64,000 nucleotides of DNA from Cyanobacteria bacterium P01_F01_bin.150 (GCA_039189765.1 JBCCYL010000009.1:1-64000); one strand, 5' to 3'; shown: positions 32,232-43,458, counted from the stretch's first letter. Numbers and translations are program-made. Notes: generated by a model from the sequence alone, not told the origin.

Positions 32232-34365
32232 ACAGCTTTGCAAGGATACAGTCAGCGCTAACCGTATGTATGCTGCCCTCTTTCAAAACCGTACATTTTG
32301 ATTGGAAACGCTGCAACACCGGGCGCTGTCTGGACGAAGTATCGATAGTATCATCGACTGCCAAACCCGCTTTGACGTCATATTGTTGAATCCAGTGATC
32401 ATTCAAATAGTCATCATCGTAGGCATCCGCTTCTAGAAGCCAAACATCAATGCCATACCCTTCAATAAATTGGGCCAATTCTTGTTTATCAGTCGTATAG
32501 TGGGCCTTAAGCAGCGCGATCGCCCGTCGCCGAAACTGCTCGTAGTAGCCCATGTGATAAGGAATGGCATACTCATGGCCAATCAAAATCGATCGCTGGG
32601 CAAAAACAGGAATATTGTCCGCTTCTTTTGCAATAGACGCCACCAGAATATCCTTAGGCTGGGCACGCAAATAGGCATAGGTATCAGGAAAGCTCCCCAC
32701 CTTGTATTTGGTAAGGGGAAACGGATCAACAAATTGAGGATAAATAATCAGCAAGAGGAAAATAAAGAGAGTGAAAGCGATCGCCACAAGGGATTTTAGA
32801 TTTTGGATTTTGGATTTTGGATTTTTGGGAAGGTGTTGGGGTGTTGGAGTGTCGGGGTGTTGGAGCGTTGGATTTTTGGGGTGTTGGGGGGTTGAGCGTT
32901 GGGCGTTGAGACGTTGAGACGTTGAAGCAAGGAATTCAAAAAGTTGGGACCGCAAAGAACGAACGGTGACATTTTGGGTTTTAGATGCTTTCGACAAGTT
33001 CTGCACAGGTTTTCGACTTTTACTCAGCCATCCCCTGCTCCCCTGCTCCCCCGCTCCTCTGCTCCTCCGCTCCCCTGCTCTCCTACTTCCCAAACGACAA
33101 CCATTAAAAAGCGCATCAAGCACAAGAGTCAGCACAATAGCAGAGGCGATCGCCATAATAATGCGCAAACTATGGTCGGTATAGCGGCTGGGTAGGTGGA
33201 GGCGGAATAGGAGTAAATGGGCGGCAATAAATAAGGCGGTTGAGGCTAGGAGAAGATGACCAAGACGGTAAATCGTGGGAGTGATGGCGTTAATTAGGGG
33301 AAATTGACTGGGAAAGCGGAAAATAAGCGGTAGAAATAGGCCGAGGGCTAGGGTGGCAGGGCGCACTAGGCCGACGTGCAGAAAACCGCTGCGATCGCCC
33401 ACTCCATAAAACCACCACGGATTATCGCTAAAGAAAAAGCTCCGGCCTCCAGGCCAAAATTCCGGCATTGCTTTTGCTTGCTCTGGCGTTACCACCGGAC
33501 CGTAATCTGATGCAGTAGAGGCATAATAGAGGATAACGATAAGGATGGTGGCGATTGTGCTCAGATAGAACTCGGTTTTGCTCCCTGTCATTTTCAAGCC
33601 ATCTTTACGCTGAATAATCGCTGACCGGAGCCAACCCATAACAGTTCCATCTGTAATCATGGCAATGCCCAGCATTGCCCCCGCAAGCAGGACATATTGG
33701 GGGTAAAACAGTCCCAGCAGAGTGAGGGAAATAATACAGGCTAGGATGATGGCTTTTGTTTTCGTACTTCTGGATTTGAGGCTTTGAACGTTCCCATTTA
33801 GGGAAGCCGCTTGTAAGATAGGCGATCGCCGATGGACTTGGTCAAACCTTGCCCAATAAAAGAGAAACGCCAAAAATAATGGATATACAAAGGCTCTGGG
33901 GGTTGCGGATATCAGATCATCCTTCATCCAGATTGTTTGATTAAACACCACCGATGCAATCCACGCTGTAAAAGGAATGGGCAAAATGGAGAACGTAAGT
34001 CGGAATAAGTATTGGGTGGCAATTAGCCCCAGAATGGTGGGCAAGATAATATTGAACTGAAAGGGATGGATGCCAAGGGCGATCGCTCCCCCATACAGGG
34101 CTTTGTATCCCAGGGGGGTAACGGATTGGAAGTAGCTGGCAATGAGGTCATTGGGAAAGAGGGAGGAATCGAGCGATCGCTGCATCCAAAAAAGATACTG
34201 ACGAGCATCATCTTGGATCACATAGGGCTGACTTAAGGGTTCTTCCAAAGCCAGAATTGCATACCCTAAAGCGGTTGCCAGACTTAACCCCAACCAGAAA
34301 AAGTAGGGACGACGACTTTGGGACACAGGCGTTGTCAGAAGCGTTTGCAATCCAGCAATCAGCAT
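32224..34365 (-). CDS. Polytopic membrane protein (possible GT-C-like transferase) with in-frame tandem-repeat insertion
   Basis: QDDARQ in the first loop, many TM helices, HLPSRY motif, low-complexity insert of ~100 aa. Confidence 0.65.
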   Translation of the reverse strand: MLIAGLQTLLTTPVSQSRRPYFFWLGLSLATALGYAILALEEPLSQPYVIQDDARQYLFWMQRSLDSSLFPNDLIASYFQSVTPLGYKALYGGAIALGIHPFQFNIILPTILGLIATQYLFRLTFSILPIPFTAWIASVVFNQTIWMKDDLISATPRAFVYPLFLAFLFYWARFDQVHRRSPILQAASLNGNVQSLKSRSTKTKAIILACIISLTLLGLFYPQYVLLAGAMLGIAMITDGTVMGWLRSAIIQRKDGLKMTGSKTEFYLSTIATILIVILYYASTASDYGPVVTPEQAKAMPEFWPGGRSFFFSDNPWWFYGVGDRSGFLHVGLVRPATLALGLFLPLIFRFPSQFPLINAITPTIYRLGHLLLASTALFIAAHLLLFRLHLPSRYTDHSLRIIMAIASAIVLTLVLDALFNGCRLGSRRAGERRSRGAGEQGSRGWLSKSRKPVQNLSKASKTQNVTVRSLRSQLFEFLASTSQRLNAQRSTPQHPKNPTLQHPDTPTPQHLPKNPKSKIQNLKSLVAIAFTLFIFLLLIIYPQFVDPFPLTKYKVGSFPDTYAYLRAQPKDILVASIAKEADNIPVFAQRSILIGHEYAIPYHMGYYEQFRRRAIALLKAHYTTDKQELAQFIEGYGIDVWLLEADAYDDDYLNDHWIQQYDVKAGLAVDDTIDTSSRQRPVLQRFQSKCTVLKEGSIHTVSADCILAKLFK
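32791..32925. repeat. Mosaic short tandem repeats inside a CDS
   Basis: (GGATTTT)n, (GGTGTTGG)-like octamers, (GACGTTGA)-like units. Confidence 0.85.
33031..33090. repeat. Octamer tandem repeat inside a CDS
   Basis: About 7 TCCCCTGC-like units. Confidence 0.85.
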
Positions 34366-34378
34366 GAAAAAAACAGAC

Positions 34379-34795
34379 TTAGCGACGGCGTTCGTCTAAC
34401 CATTGTTGCAGAATAATTGCAGCCGCTTTGCGATCGATCAGACCCTTGTTACGAGAAGGGGATTGATCGTTTGCCTTTATCATTTCTTCGGCTTCAAAGG
34501 ACGTCAGACGCTCATCTACATATTCAATCGGTAGACTTAACGCTTTAGAAAAACGCTGGGCCAGTTTCTGAGTTTGCTTTGCTTGGGAACCCAGTTCACC
34601 GTCCATTGTGTAAGGGAGACCCACCACCAGCACTTCCACCCGACGGTCTTCTACAAATTGCCGCAGGAGTTCCACATCCTGCCGAAACGCTCTACGATTG
34701 ATTGTCGTTAGCCCTGTAGCCATTAGCCCCAATCCGTCGCATCCGGCGACACCGATGCGTTTACGTCCAATATCTAACCCCAGCGCTGAAACCAT
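34379..34795 (-). CDS. ruvX: YqgF/RuvX family nuclease
   Basis: LGLDIGRKRIGVA, VVGLP, VDERLTS, IDRKAAAIILQ. Confidence 0.95.
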   Translation of the reverse strand: MVSALGLDIGRKRIGVAGCDGLGLMATGLTTINRRAFRQDVELLRQFVEDRRVEVLVVGLPYTMDGELGSQAKQTQKLAQRFSKALSLPIEYVDERLTSFEAEEMIKANDQSPSRNKGLIDRKAAAIILQQWLDERRR

Positions 34796-34824
34796 AAAAT
34801 CCTATGCCTACTTAAACCCCCCTA

Positions 34825-36234
34825 TTATTTGCCAGCGCTTTGGCTCCCTTCATCATCCCCACTGGCGGGTGATGGTGGGGATGCGTGTGGTGAATCAAAC
34901 TGAGGTGAATCAAACTGAGGCGAGTCAAACGAAAATCTTCCAGGAATTGGTTTTTGCCCCTGCTGCCATCCTTGTAAAACACTAGAAAATTGGATATTTT
35001 CCAATGTGACCTGCTTCGTTTCCCTCACTTTATGCCAAACGGATCGGGACATTAGTAAGGTGTGCTGGATGCGGGTTGCGCTTACCTGTTCCAGATAGCC
35101 TTCCCGTTCCGTTTGATAATCTGAAGAGGTGAGTTGAATAGATTGTTTGGGGTATTTTTGAACGATTCGGGCCATCTGGGTCAGTAGTTCTAAATACAGC
35201 CAAGTGTAAGCCGGGTGAACCGTTAGCTCAGCAGTATGGGGTTGACTCCCATCTCGACACAGATCCAACTGAAAGTAGCCAATTGCCGCCTTACGCTGGG
35301 GTTCAAAGACATAATTTCGGATGGTCTCCTTAGGTTTGATCAATTGCTGAATGCCTTTCAAAGGAACCTCTGAAAGATGGGTCTTGAAATCTGACACATG
35401 GCGATCAAACACCTGACGGACTAGTGGTGGCATGGATACTGTGTCTAGCTGATGCAACAGCCCTGCGTCCGCATTGCTCACGGGCCGCAAATTTAGAGTA
35501 GTAATAGATCGTTCCGTTAAAGATTCTAAAACATCGGGAGCGATCGCCCAATACGTGACATGGGCTAGCGGCTGAAAGCCATGGTGACGGTACAACGCTA
35601 GCTCCTGCTTATCGGATACGCCGACTTCCACCAGCCAAGTACGAGCTTCCCATAAAGTGTCAAGACAGTAGCGCAATAGCTGGGAAGTCACATCAGTTCC
35701 TAGGGGCGGAGCATCCGCAACCGATCGCGATTTAGTTTTCGATAGATGTTTCTCTGGAATCTTAGTAGAGACCTCTGTGGAGGCATTTATTCCTGCGGCT
35801 GTATCACCATTATAGTTAGAGGCTCCTTTGAGAACCTTATCGGACGCACGGGAAAATGAGGATGTAACCGTTGGTGAGGATGGGGTAACTCTACTAGAAG
35901 AGGTTGGAAAGGCGGCAATGCGCTCCACTCTCCAGGTACTGTGGGTATAGTTAAACGGAGATACCTGGATAAAGCCTGCTAGCTGATGTTGGCATTCTGC
36001 GACATAGGTTGAGAAGAAATGCTGGAGAGGGTTAGGAAAAAGCTGTAAGCACTTAATTGGTCCGTACCACTGACGAACGTGCTGGAGCTGTTCGCTAAAT
36101 TCCAAACGAGTACCGTATTGAGTGGTGTCTAATCCCGATCGCATTTGCCCACTGACGTCAGCCATTCGATCCAGGTCACGATATTGACACGACCGAATCG
36201 TGAGAGATGAAGAACCAGACTTTGATGAAACCAT
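34825..36234 (-). CDS. GNAT-family acetyltransferase (conserved cyanobacterial type)
   Basis: AGFIQVSPFN..STWRVE, ALYRHHGFQPLA, LTVHPAYTWLY; (FDSPQ)-type 15-bp repeat near the C-terminus; start may extend to 36276. Confidence 0.8.
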   Translation of the reverse strand: MVSSKSGSSSLTIRSCQYRDLDRMADVSGQMRSGLDTTQYGTRLEFSEQLQHVRQWYGPIKCLQLFPNPLQHFFSTYVAECQHQLAGFIQVSPFNYTHSTWRVERIAAFPTSSSRVTPSSPTVTSSFSRASDKVLKGASNYNGDTAAGINASTEVSTKIPEKHLSKTKSRSVADAPPLGTDVTSQLLRYCLDTLWEARTWLVEVGVSDKQELALYRHHGFQPLAHVTYWAIAPDVLESLTERSITTLNLRPVSNADAGLLHQLDTVSMPPLVRQVFDRHVSDFKTHLSEVPLKGIQQLIKPKETIRNYVFEPQRKAAIGYFQLDLCRDGSQPHTAELTVHPAYTWLYLELLTQMARIVQKYPKQSIQLTSSDYQTEREGYLEQVSATRIQHTLLMSRSVWHKVRETKQVTLENIQFSSVLQGWQQGQKPIPGRFSFDSPQFDSPQFDSPHASPPSPASGDDEGSQSAGK

Positions 36235-36403
36235 AAACGGTAAGACGGTTAGGAAGACAGGAGCAAGAATCGACACGGAAACTACGATTTAGAACCCGTT
36301 ATAGCTATATACTATCTCATCAGTGCTGATGGCTCGTGTATTGAATGGATAACTACAGCATTGCTAAAGTATTTTTTTCCAGTCCCTTGCGATTACTTTA
36401 AGT

Positions 36404-36467
36404 GGGTAGTGGGGGCGCGAAGCGCCCCCACTACCGTTAATTTTGTTTCGCCTTAAAACGAAACCCC
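36404..36467 (-). repeat. REP-like two-hairpin element
   Basis: Reverse copy of the 3196 element, downstream of recF. Confidence 0.85.
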
Positions 36468-36541
36468 GATTTAAAAAGTTTGTATAAATTTTAGATATCC
36501 CTTGCCGTAGCGGATTGATTACCTCTTCGCACCTTGGCTGG

Positions 36542-37687
36542 TCATGTGGTGATAATTTGTCCAGCATCCACCGTAAGAACCTGGGCTGATTTGACCCACT
36601 GGGCATCAAAGGCTCCCAAATGTGTGGTGGTGACAATAGTTTGAAATCTTTCTTGAATGGTCTCTAGAAGCTGGTTCTGGCGCTTTAAATCCAGTTCAGC
36701 TAGCACATCATCTAGCAGCAGCAGCGGTGGTTCTCCCACCACCGTTTCGATCAGACTGAGTTCCGCCAACTTTAGGGCTAATACTAATGTCCGCTGTTGT
36801 CCTTGGGAGCCATACTGACGAGCTGGGGTTTGGTTAATTAGAAAGTTAATCTCGTCTCGGTGGGGGCCCACCAGAGATGTCCCCTGATGCTGTTCGGCGA
36901 TCGCCCGTTCCTGAATCTTGGCTAAAAACGCCTGCTGAATCTTGCCGGGGTTATCCTGATCCTCTGGATTAGTCGGAAATGCATTGGGGGCATAGGCAAT
37001 TTCCAAGTCTTCTAGTCGTCCGCTAATTTCTCGATGCCATTTGTGGGCAATGGACGCGAGACGGGCGATCGCCCTAGTGCGCCGCCGAATCACCCGTGTT
37101 CCCGCCGTAGCAAGTTGGGCATCCCATATGGCTAATTGGGCTGGGTCAATTGATGAGGTGCCCTCTTTTGTCAATTCTGACCGTCGCTTTTTTAGTAAAG
37201 CATTACGCTGTTTCAGCACCGTTTGGTACTGCTGCAAAATATGGGCATATATGGGTTCTAACTGCACCAGCAATACATCCAGCCATCGTCGCCGTTCCCC
37301 AGGACCACCGCGCACTAAGTCCAAATCTAAACTGGAAAACTGGACGGCATTCATAATACCAAGGAAATCTAGCTGACGCTTTTGATTTTCGCCGTTGATG
37401 GCGACAGTGCGTCGACCGCTGCTGCGCAGGGTCATTGATAAAGCGGCTGGACCGGCGAGTCGCTTTAAGCGGGCGGCGATTTGTCCGGCAGTTTGTGAGT
37501 CTTGGACGAGATCGCGATCGCGGCTGGCTCGATGGGATCGTAACGTTGCCAGTAGCTCCACTGCTTCTAGCAGATTGGATTTGCCCTGGGCGTTGTCTCC
37601 CACAATAATCGTCTTGGGTGCCAGGAATTCAACCGGCTGTTCGCCATAGTTTCTGAAGTGGCGCAGATGAAGACGTTCAAGAAACAT
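36542..37687 (-). CDS. recF: DNA replication/repair protein RecF
   Basis: [36 protein letters not shown]. Confidence 0.97.
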   Translation of the reverse strand: MFLERLHLRHFRNYGEQPVEFLAPKTIIVGDNAQGKSNLLEAVELLATLRSHRASRDRDLVQDSQTAGQIAARLKRLAGPAALSMTLRSSGRRTVAINGENQKRQLDFLGIMNAVQFSSLDLDLVRGGPGERRRWLDVLLVQLEPIYAHILQQYQTVLKQRNALLKKRRSELTKEGTSSIDPAQLAIWDAQLATAGTRVIRRRTRAIARLASIAHKWHREISGRLEDLEIAYAPNAFPTNPEDQDNPGKIQQAFLAKIQERAIAEQHQGTSLVGPHRDEINFLINQTPARQYGSQGQQRTLVLALKLAELSLIETVVGEPPLLLLDDVLAELDLKRQNQLLETIQERFQTIVTTTHLGAFDAQWVKSAQVLTVDAGQIITT

Positions 37688-38055
37688 GGTGACAACGGGA
37701 TAATGTTACAGACTCAATCAATATTGTTATCGAAATCCTGAACACAAGAGCCGTATATTAAAATGTCGAAACGGGAAAATCAGAATAACATCATAGCCAT
37801 TATCGAAGGTCTGATGGTTTTGGGCTATTGACCGAATCATCATTTGTAAACTTGATAAAAGCACCAATGAAATGTGCTTAAGAAGACTGTGGTGGCTTAA
37901 AAAAGAAGAGGAGCGCTATACGTTTTTGACGGCAATTCCAAAGGCGCAATCTTAGTCTGTAGCACAAGAAATCTCTAAATTTTTAGACCTGAGAGATTAA
38001 TGACCGCCTACAAGTCTGGGAGCAAATGGTGAACGATAGCGGCAATCAGCCTCGC

Positions 38056-38094
38056 GTAGGGTGTATTAGCGTAACGAATGGAGCATAATGCACC
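38056..38094 (+). repeat. GTAG-type REP sequence
   Basis: GTAGGGTGTATTA...TAATGCACC hairpin. Confidence 0.55.
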
Positions 38095-38247
38095 GTTTAG
38101 CAACCAGGATACGAGATCGGTGGATTGCACTCACTCTGGTAGCCCAGAACCCTGGGTTTTAAATCCAGTCACGGTCAGCCAATGGCGCGGACAATACGCA
38201 ACAATTTTGCTTTTCAACGAGCAGATATAGAATCTTAGAGAGAGGCG

Positions 38248-38901
38248 TTAGGTTGATATGCCATATATCGAACTCTGCTTGTTCGAAAAGTTGTGGTGGT
38301 TCAACAAATAAGCGATTTGGGTCGCAATCTTTTCTCCCCCCTGCACCGATGGCTCGATGGGAGCGTTAGCAGCATAATCTTCAGGCTGGTTGCACACCAC
38401 CCGTAAGTCCAAGAGCGGTAGTCCTGCTTGAATCGCTTCACGGAAGATGCAGTCGTTGTACATGGGCAGGGCCGAATATATAAGCTGTTTCATATAGGGA
38501 TCTTGGGTGGGGCACTGGTCGTAAATGGTGCAGAGAGTAATGGCTAAATCTTTTGCTAGGACAGCGTCAAGCATCTGACGATATTGGTGGTGGAAAAGGG
38601 CTTTCATTTCCACAAATCGCTGGAGAGATGCGATCGCATCTCCAGGCGGATCCTGCATTAGTAATGCTGCTTCTCTTAAGGCATTGTTTCCACCCGCACT
38701 AATGATTAGATGCGTCGCAGTGGTAGGCAACTGACCTAACTGGTCAATAACATCACGGGTCACACTGCCATCAATCGCCAGCAGTGTTGCGTCCCAATCA
38801 GAGGGAAGTATTGCCCGAAGTTGAGTAACCACGTCCGGTCCAGGTTCCACATACGCACGATTATCAAAAATAGAATCCCCAAGCAAAATTAGATGATTCA
38901 T
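38248..38901 (-). CDS. SGNH/GDSL hydrolase family protein
   Basis: LLGDSIFDN, SAGGNN, PIEPS..GG. Confidence 0.85.
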   Translation of the reverse strand: MNHLILLGDSIFDNRAYVEPGPDVVTQLRAILPSDWDATLLAIDGSVTRDVIDQLGQLPTTATHLIISAGGNNALREAALLMQDPPGDAIASLQRFVEMKALFHHQYRQMLDAVLAKDLAITLCTIYDQCPTQDPYMKQLIYSALPMYNDCIFREAIQAGLPLLDLRVVCNQPEDYAANAPIEPSVQGGEKIATQIAYLLNHHNFSNKQSSIYGIST

Positions 38902-38989
38902 AACCTTCGCTAGTAAAAGTGATTTGGGTTAAGGTGCTGTAAATTTAGTCTTAGAGGGAGACGATCGCCTCAATAATCCCTAGCCTTCG

Positions 38990-39607
38990 TTATTTTCTGC
39001 CCCCGCAAGCAAATATCAGAATACCCACAATCTTATTTACTTCTTTGATGTAGTAGTCCTGTACGTCAATAAACACCGTTTGGTGTTCCAGCTTTAAAAA
39101 CTTCCAGGTTGTCCCCGTGGTGACCACACCGTAAATCGGATGGTCCGATGGCAACGCTGACGTATTATTTTTCTGATTAAACAACTCCGCTGCAATCATC
39201 GTCGCCGCACATTGACCCAAGCCACTGGGGATACTCTCATTTTTGGCTTCCACAATGGTCAACACCGGACTAGTAATGTAATACTGTTCTTCGGAATCGC
39301 TCAAAATAAAATCACAGCGTCCATCTAAGCCTTTGCTGGGATCCACTTCAAAATTGCTGCCAGAAAAAATAGCGATGTGATTTTGCAATTGACGTCGGAC
39401 ATCCATCAAAATAGGCATAATAATTAGCTCCGACCGCGCCTTTTCCGTATTGATTACACTCGCCAGTGGCACCTGATCTTTAAGAATTTGCTGGAGCAGT
39501 TCGCTAGGCTTAGCAGAGGCAGTATTGGCAAACAGATCCTCCGTTTCATTGGTGGTAACGTCAAAGGTTGATTTAACGGTGCTAAGGGTAAAGCTGCTGT
39601 AGGCCAT
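38990..39607 (-). CDS. PD-(D/E)XK-fold hypothetical protein (expanded cyanobacterial family)
   Basis: EKARSE, GRCDF, VEAKNE, GLGQC, YGVVTTG..WKF. Confidence 0.75.
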   Translation of the reverse strand: MAYSSFTLSTVKSTFDVTTNETEDLFANTASAKPSELLQQILKDQVPLASVINTEKARSELIIMPILMDVRRQLQNHIAIFSGSNFEVDPSKGLDGRCDFILSDSEEQYYITSPVLTIVEAKNESIPSGLGQCAATMIAAELFNQKNNTSALPSDHPIYGVVTTGTTWKFLKLEHQTVFIDVQDYYIKEVNKIVGILIFACGGRK

Positions 39608-39897
39608 TGCCGTTCTCCATTAGATGCGATGTGTCAAGATAAACGCGATCGCCCTTACTCTCCATTCGCTGGTACCCAGACTCACTAGGTACCGTGCGAG
39701 ACTTTGGCTCCGTCCTCCTCCCCTGAGCCAGAGTTGCAATAGGACACGCCTAGCCCTTCCTCGCCAGAGTTTATGAACGAGAGGAGACCCTGTGTCCAAG
39801 TATTTGGCGTTTTGATATTTCCATCGAAACGTTGCTATCTAAGCAATACTGGAACTAGACATTGATGGCATTTAGCTAGTGTTGCCATTAATTTATA

Positions 39898-40693
39898 TTA
39901 CTCCTGATTCAACTTGTACATTGCAGCAAAATGCTTACGCAGCAGTTCGTGTATAAAACGATAACGTCCTCCACATACAATAAGCGGGACAATCCCTAAT
40001 GCTGAAATAACTAATCCGCTTATTCCATTAACTAATCCGATAAATAATCCATTTTTTAAAGACAAAAAAATGCTTTCATTAGGATATGAGTTTGATTTAA
40101 CTTCTTTTTCTAATTCGCTTGGATTGGTTAAACTTATTGCTAAGACACCCACAGCTAAATTTCCCAAGGCACCGATTAATATTCCCCACCTATCCCCACC
40201 CAATTCCCTCAACACCCCTCCCCCAATACCACTGAGTAAAGCAGTACGAGCTATTCTCTGCAAACTAGGGACACTAGCTTGGTATGAATCAACAGAGGAA
40301 ATAATGTCGGCGTTGTTCTTCTCGTTCCAAATCTATTCTGACTAGTTCATGAAGAGAAGTTCTCAACCGCTTAGCGACAATGGACTGCTGGACTTCAATC
40401 AGTTGCTTGCGGAGGCGTTGTCTTTGCTCATCAGTTATTTCAGATTTTGCTGGAGCGATATATTTGTGAACAAAATCAATAATTTTGCCTAGGTTTCCAG
40501 TCCATACTGCAATCGTAGCTGTCACTATCGCAGTAATTGTAAATCCTGCGACAATCCAGTCAATTATCGAATTTACAAGTAGTGCATCAATCAATATTTC
40601 GGTACGATTTAGAAGACTGGTATCTGAGTTTGAACCAGCCTGGGCAATAAGTGAAAGGACGATTAATACGGGGGACACAAATAGAAACTCCAC
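39898..40693 (-). pseudogene. Remnant of a membrane-anchored NACHT NTPase gene lacking the NTPase core
   Basis: 5' piece RQRLRKQL..RLRTSLH.LVRIDLE and 3' piece PNESIFLSLKNGL...GGRYRFIHELLRKHFA resemble the termini of cyanobacterial NACHT proteins; no Walker A between them. Confidence 0.6.
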
Positions 40694-40818
40694 AACAAAA
40701 TTACTAAGTAGATAAAGTTAGGGTTGCGATATATCAAGAAGAAAATTAATAGATGCCTAAATGTCAATAGAATAGTATCAAGATACTTCAGTCCATCATG
40801 GAAATTTAGTAAAAATCA

Positions 40819-41394
40819 TTGGTTACCCTACAGCTACATCAAATTAATGTGCCCCCCGGTCAGCGGGTGGAATTTTCAGATGTGCCTTGGAGTAAATTTG
40901 AGGCGATGCTGACCGAACTTGGAGACTGTCGAAGTAGTCGTATTGCTTATAGCCACAGTACGTTAGAAATTATGACTCCATCCCCTGAACACGAAGTAAG
41001 CAAAGAGCTGATTGGGGATATGGCAAAAATTCTATTTGATGAACTAGATATAGACAACGAGTGCTTTGGATCTACCACGTTTAAGCGCAGGATATGAGTA
41101 GTGGCATAGAGCCGGATAACTGCTTCTATTGGCGCGATCCAGAGTCGATGATTGGGAAAAAGTGCATTAACCTTGAGAGCGACCCGCCGCCTGATTTGGC
41201 GATACGAAAACTATCAGCTTCGTATCGACGTGCTGCAAAGTGGACAGTATATCAAATCTTCATCTAGCATTGCCTTCCCGACGATTCCGGTGATTAAGGG
41301 CATATCATCGTTTCTGCGTCGTAGTCGAACGACTAGTCGCCATCAGGTTTTGCGAGGATTTCGGCAGTGGGTGCGCGATCGCCATTCTGGCTAG
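40819..41394 (+). pseudogene. Uma2-family endonuclease pseudogene
   Basis: LEIMTPSPEHE, GSTTFKR, a frameshift to GIEPDNCFY...DPPPDLAI, then a deletion to WRYENYQL. Confidence 0.8.
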
Positions 41395-41473
41395 CAATTC
41401 GAACGCCCCCATAGTCACTTTTGTCGGATTGGAGTTCTAAAATGCAGTAAGAACCTTGAGGTTACCGCTTAAT

Positions 41474-42334
41474 CTACTGCCGATATTCTTCCACAAGTGT
41501 TACATTCATCCATTCGCCCCGTTCGTTATACTGGCGAATCATGCGCTGTCGGTACGTAGGCGTCACCATCCATCCGGCCTCTAGTAGAAAGGGGCGATCG
41601 CGCTCAATAGCCGTTGGCACAACCACCGAACCACCACCCGGCAACATCAATACGCGATAGGACAACTGGTTTTTACCTTCATTTGAGTCAAACCATAGAC
41701 TATTGCCCTCAATTCGCCCTGACGACTCCACGGTGCGAACTTCATCAGCACCACCCCCAAACGTAGTGGACTGGGTAAGCCTATCGTCATCTACAGCAAT
41801 CTTAAGATCGGTGCTCATTGAGGTAGGGTCTGCCCCCGATGCGTACATTGTTACCGCCTTACCCACCCAGTGACCGACCAATGCATCCACTGTTAGATCA
41901 GGAGAAGGCGGATCGCTATGACCAGCAAGAGTTTCTCGGATTAACGTAATACTCTTGAGGAGGCTTTTGCCGTCTACCGTGCCTTCAAAAAGCTGCACAA
42001 GCCGGAGCCGACGCTTACCGCTGGTCAAAGCAAGCTCTGCGCCAAACTGGCCAAAGGGTGCCCACTGGAGCGAGCCTTGGGTAAATGCGCCTGTTTCAAA
42101 AAAAGGTACCTTATCGCCTGGCCCTGGATAGGAAAACGATCGCACCATTTCATTGGCCGGACCATCTACAGGGGAACGGGTCAGGACCAGCCGAATCGTT
42201 TGTGCTGCGTCATCTTCTGCTAAGACTAAAACACTGGGCGTATCTTTTAATTCCTGACCATCGGGCGAGACTTGGGTAAACGATCCGTGCCATTCTCCCA
42301 GGTTCTCCCGTAAACAATCCCATTGAGACTTCAT
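41474..42334 (-). CDS. DUF3598-family protein
   Basis: SQWDCLRENLGEWHGSFT, FFETGAFTQGS, LEAGW...RQRMIRQY; AGGAG RBS before 42334. Confidence 0.8.
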   Translation of the reverse strand: MKSQWDCLRENLGEWHGSFTQVSPDGQELKDTPSVLVLAEDDAAQTIRLVLTRSPVDGPANEMVRSFSYPGPGDKVPFFETGAFTQGSLQWAPFGQFGAELALTSGKRRLRLVQLFEGTVDGKSLLKSITLIRETLAGHSDPPSPDLTVDALVGHWVGKAVTMYASGADPTSMSTDLKIAVDDDRLTQSTTFGGGADEVRTVESSGRIEGNSLWFDSNEGKNQLSYRVLMLPGGGSVVVPTAIERDRPFLLEAGWMVTPTYRQRMIRQYNERGEWMNVTLVEEYRQ

Positions 42335-42405
42335 AATGCTCCTGCGATAGTTGGTATGCATCGTCGTTGCATAGAATGCTCCAACGATTTTCTATAGTAA
42401 ACCCG

Positions 42406-43257
42406 TTAGGGATTTGCCACTGCAAATGTATCGCACTGGCTCACATCTCCAGTACGAATGCCTTGGGTAAACCAGCGGACTCGCTGTTCTGATGAACCGT
42501 GGGTAAATGAATCTGGGACGACTCGACCTTGAAACTGACTTTGGAGGCGATCGTCTCCAATTGCACTGGCGGCCACCAACGCTTCCTCAATATCACCTGC
42601 TTCTAAGATGTTGCGAGCTTTCTGAGCACGGTTTGCCCAGACTCCAGCGTAGCAATCTGCCTGCAATTCCAGACGCACAGAGAGCTGGTTAGCTTGAGTC
42701 TGACTCACTTGCCGCTTAACTCGCTGCACCTCTCCAGAAGTTCCCATCAGGTTCTGGACATGGTGGCCCACTTCATGGGCAATCACATAGGCTTGGGCAA
42801 AGTCACCAGGGGCACCGTGGCGATCGCGCAAATCATTATAAAAGCTCAAATCGATATAGACTTTCTGGTCAGCAGGACAATAAAACGGCCCCATTGCCGA
42901 CTGAGCTTGCCCACAGGCTGACTGTACAATCCCATCAAAGAGGACTAGACGAGGCTCCTGATAGACCGCTCCATTTTCTCGATAGATTTGATGCCAGGTA
43001 TCTTCCGTATCTGCCAGCACCACAGAGACAAATTCAGCTAGCTGATCTGACTGCCCTTGGGATAGCTGACCATTGGCACTAGGACCACTGCCTGTAGATA
43101 TGTTCTGGTCAAGAATTACCGTGGGATCGCCGCCAAGGAGCATAATGACAACGGCAAGGACAATAGTGCCGAGTCCACCGCCCACTACCATCGGGGCACC
43201 ACCTCCACCCCGACGGTCTTCCACGTTTGTGCTTCTGCGGCCTAGCTGCCAGCGCAT
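42406..43257 (-). CDS. Neutral zinc metallopeptidase (YpfJ family)
   Basis: STNVEDRR, GPFYCPAD, AHEVGHHVQ, ELQADC, SFTHGSSEQR. Confidence 0.93.
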   Translation of the reverse strand: MRWQLGRRSTNVEDRRGGGGAPMVVGGGLGTIVLAVVIMLLGGDPTVILDQNISTGSGPSANGQLSQGQSDQLAEFVSVVLADTEDTWHQIYRENGAVYQEPRLVLFDGIVQSACGQAQSAMGPFYCPADQKVYIDLSFYNDLRDRHGAPGDFAQAYVIAHEVGHHVQNLMGTSGEVQRVKRQVSQTQANQLSVRLELQADCYAGVWANRAQKARNILEAGDIEEALVAASAIGDDRLQSQFQGRVVPDSFTHGSSEQRVRWFTQGIRTGDVSQCDTFAVANP

Positions 43258-43458
43258 AGGTTATCTCCAGGATTATAAAAGGATGGAGGAAAATTAATGT
43301 CTCAAGCTCCGGATCAATATTGCTGTTATTGTCCTGCAATTGATTCCTGGATTCAACCAATGCAAACGGCAATGTAACAGAAGGCAACATGCCTTTAGCT
43401 CCCAGCGCAGCTAGACCCCAAACGCCCTAATCAGAGTGGCGATCGCCACATATGCGAA

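Noticed and set aside
37700..38020. Possible gene remnant upstream of recF
   Set aside because: Only short broken frames with no recognisable motif
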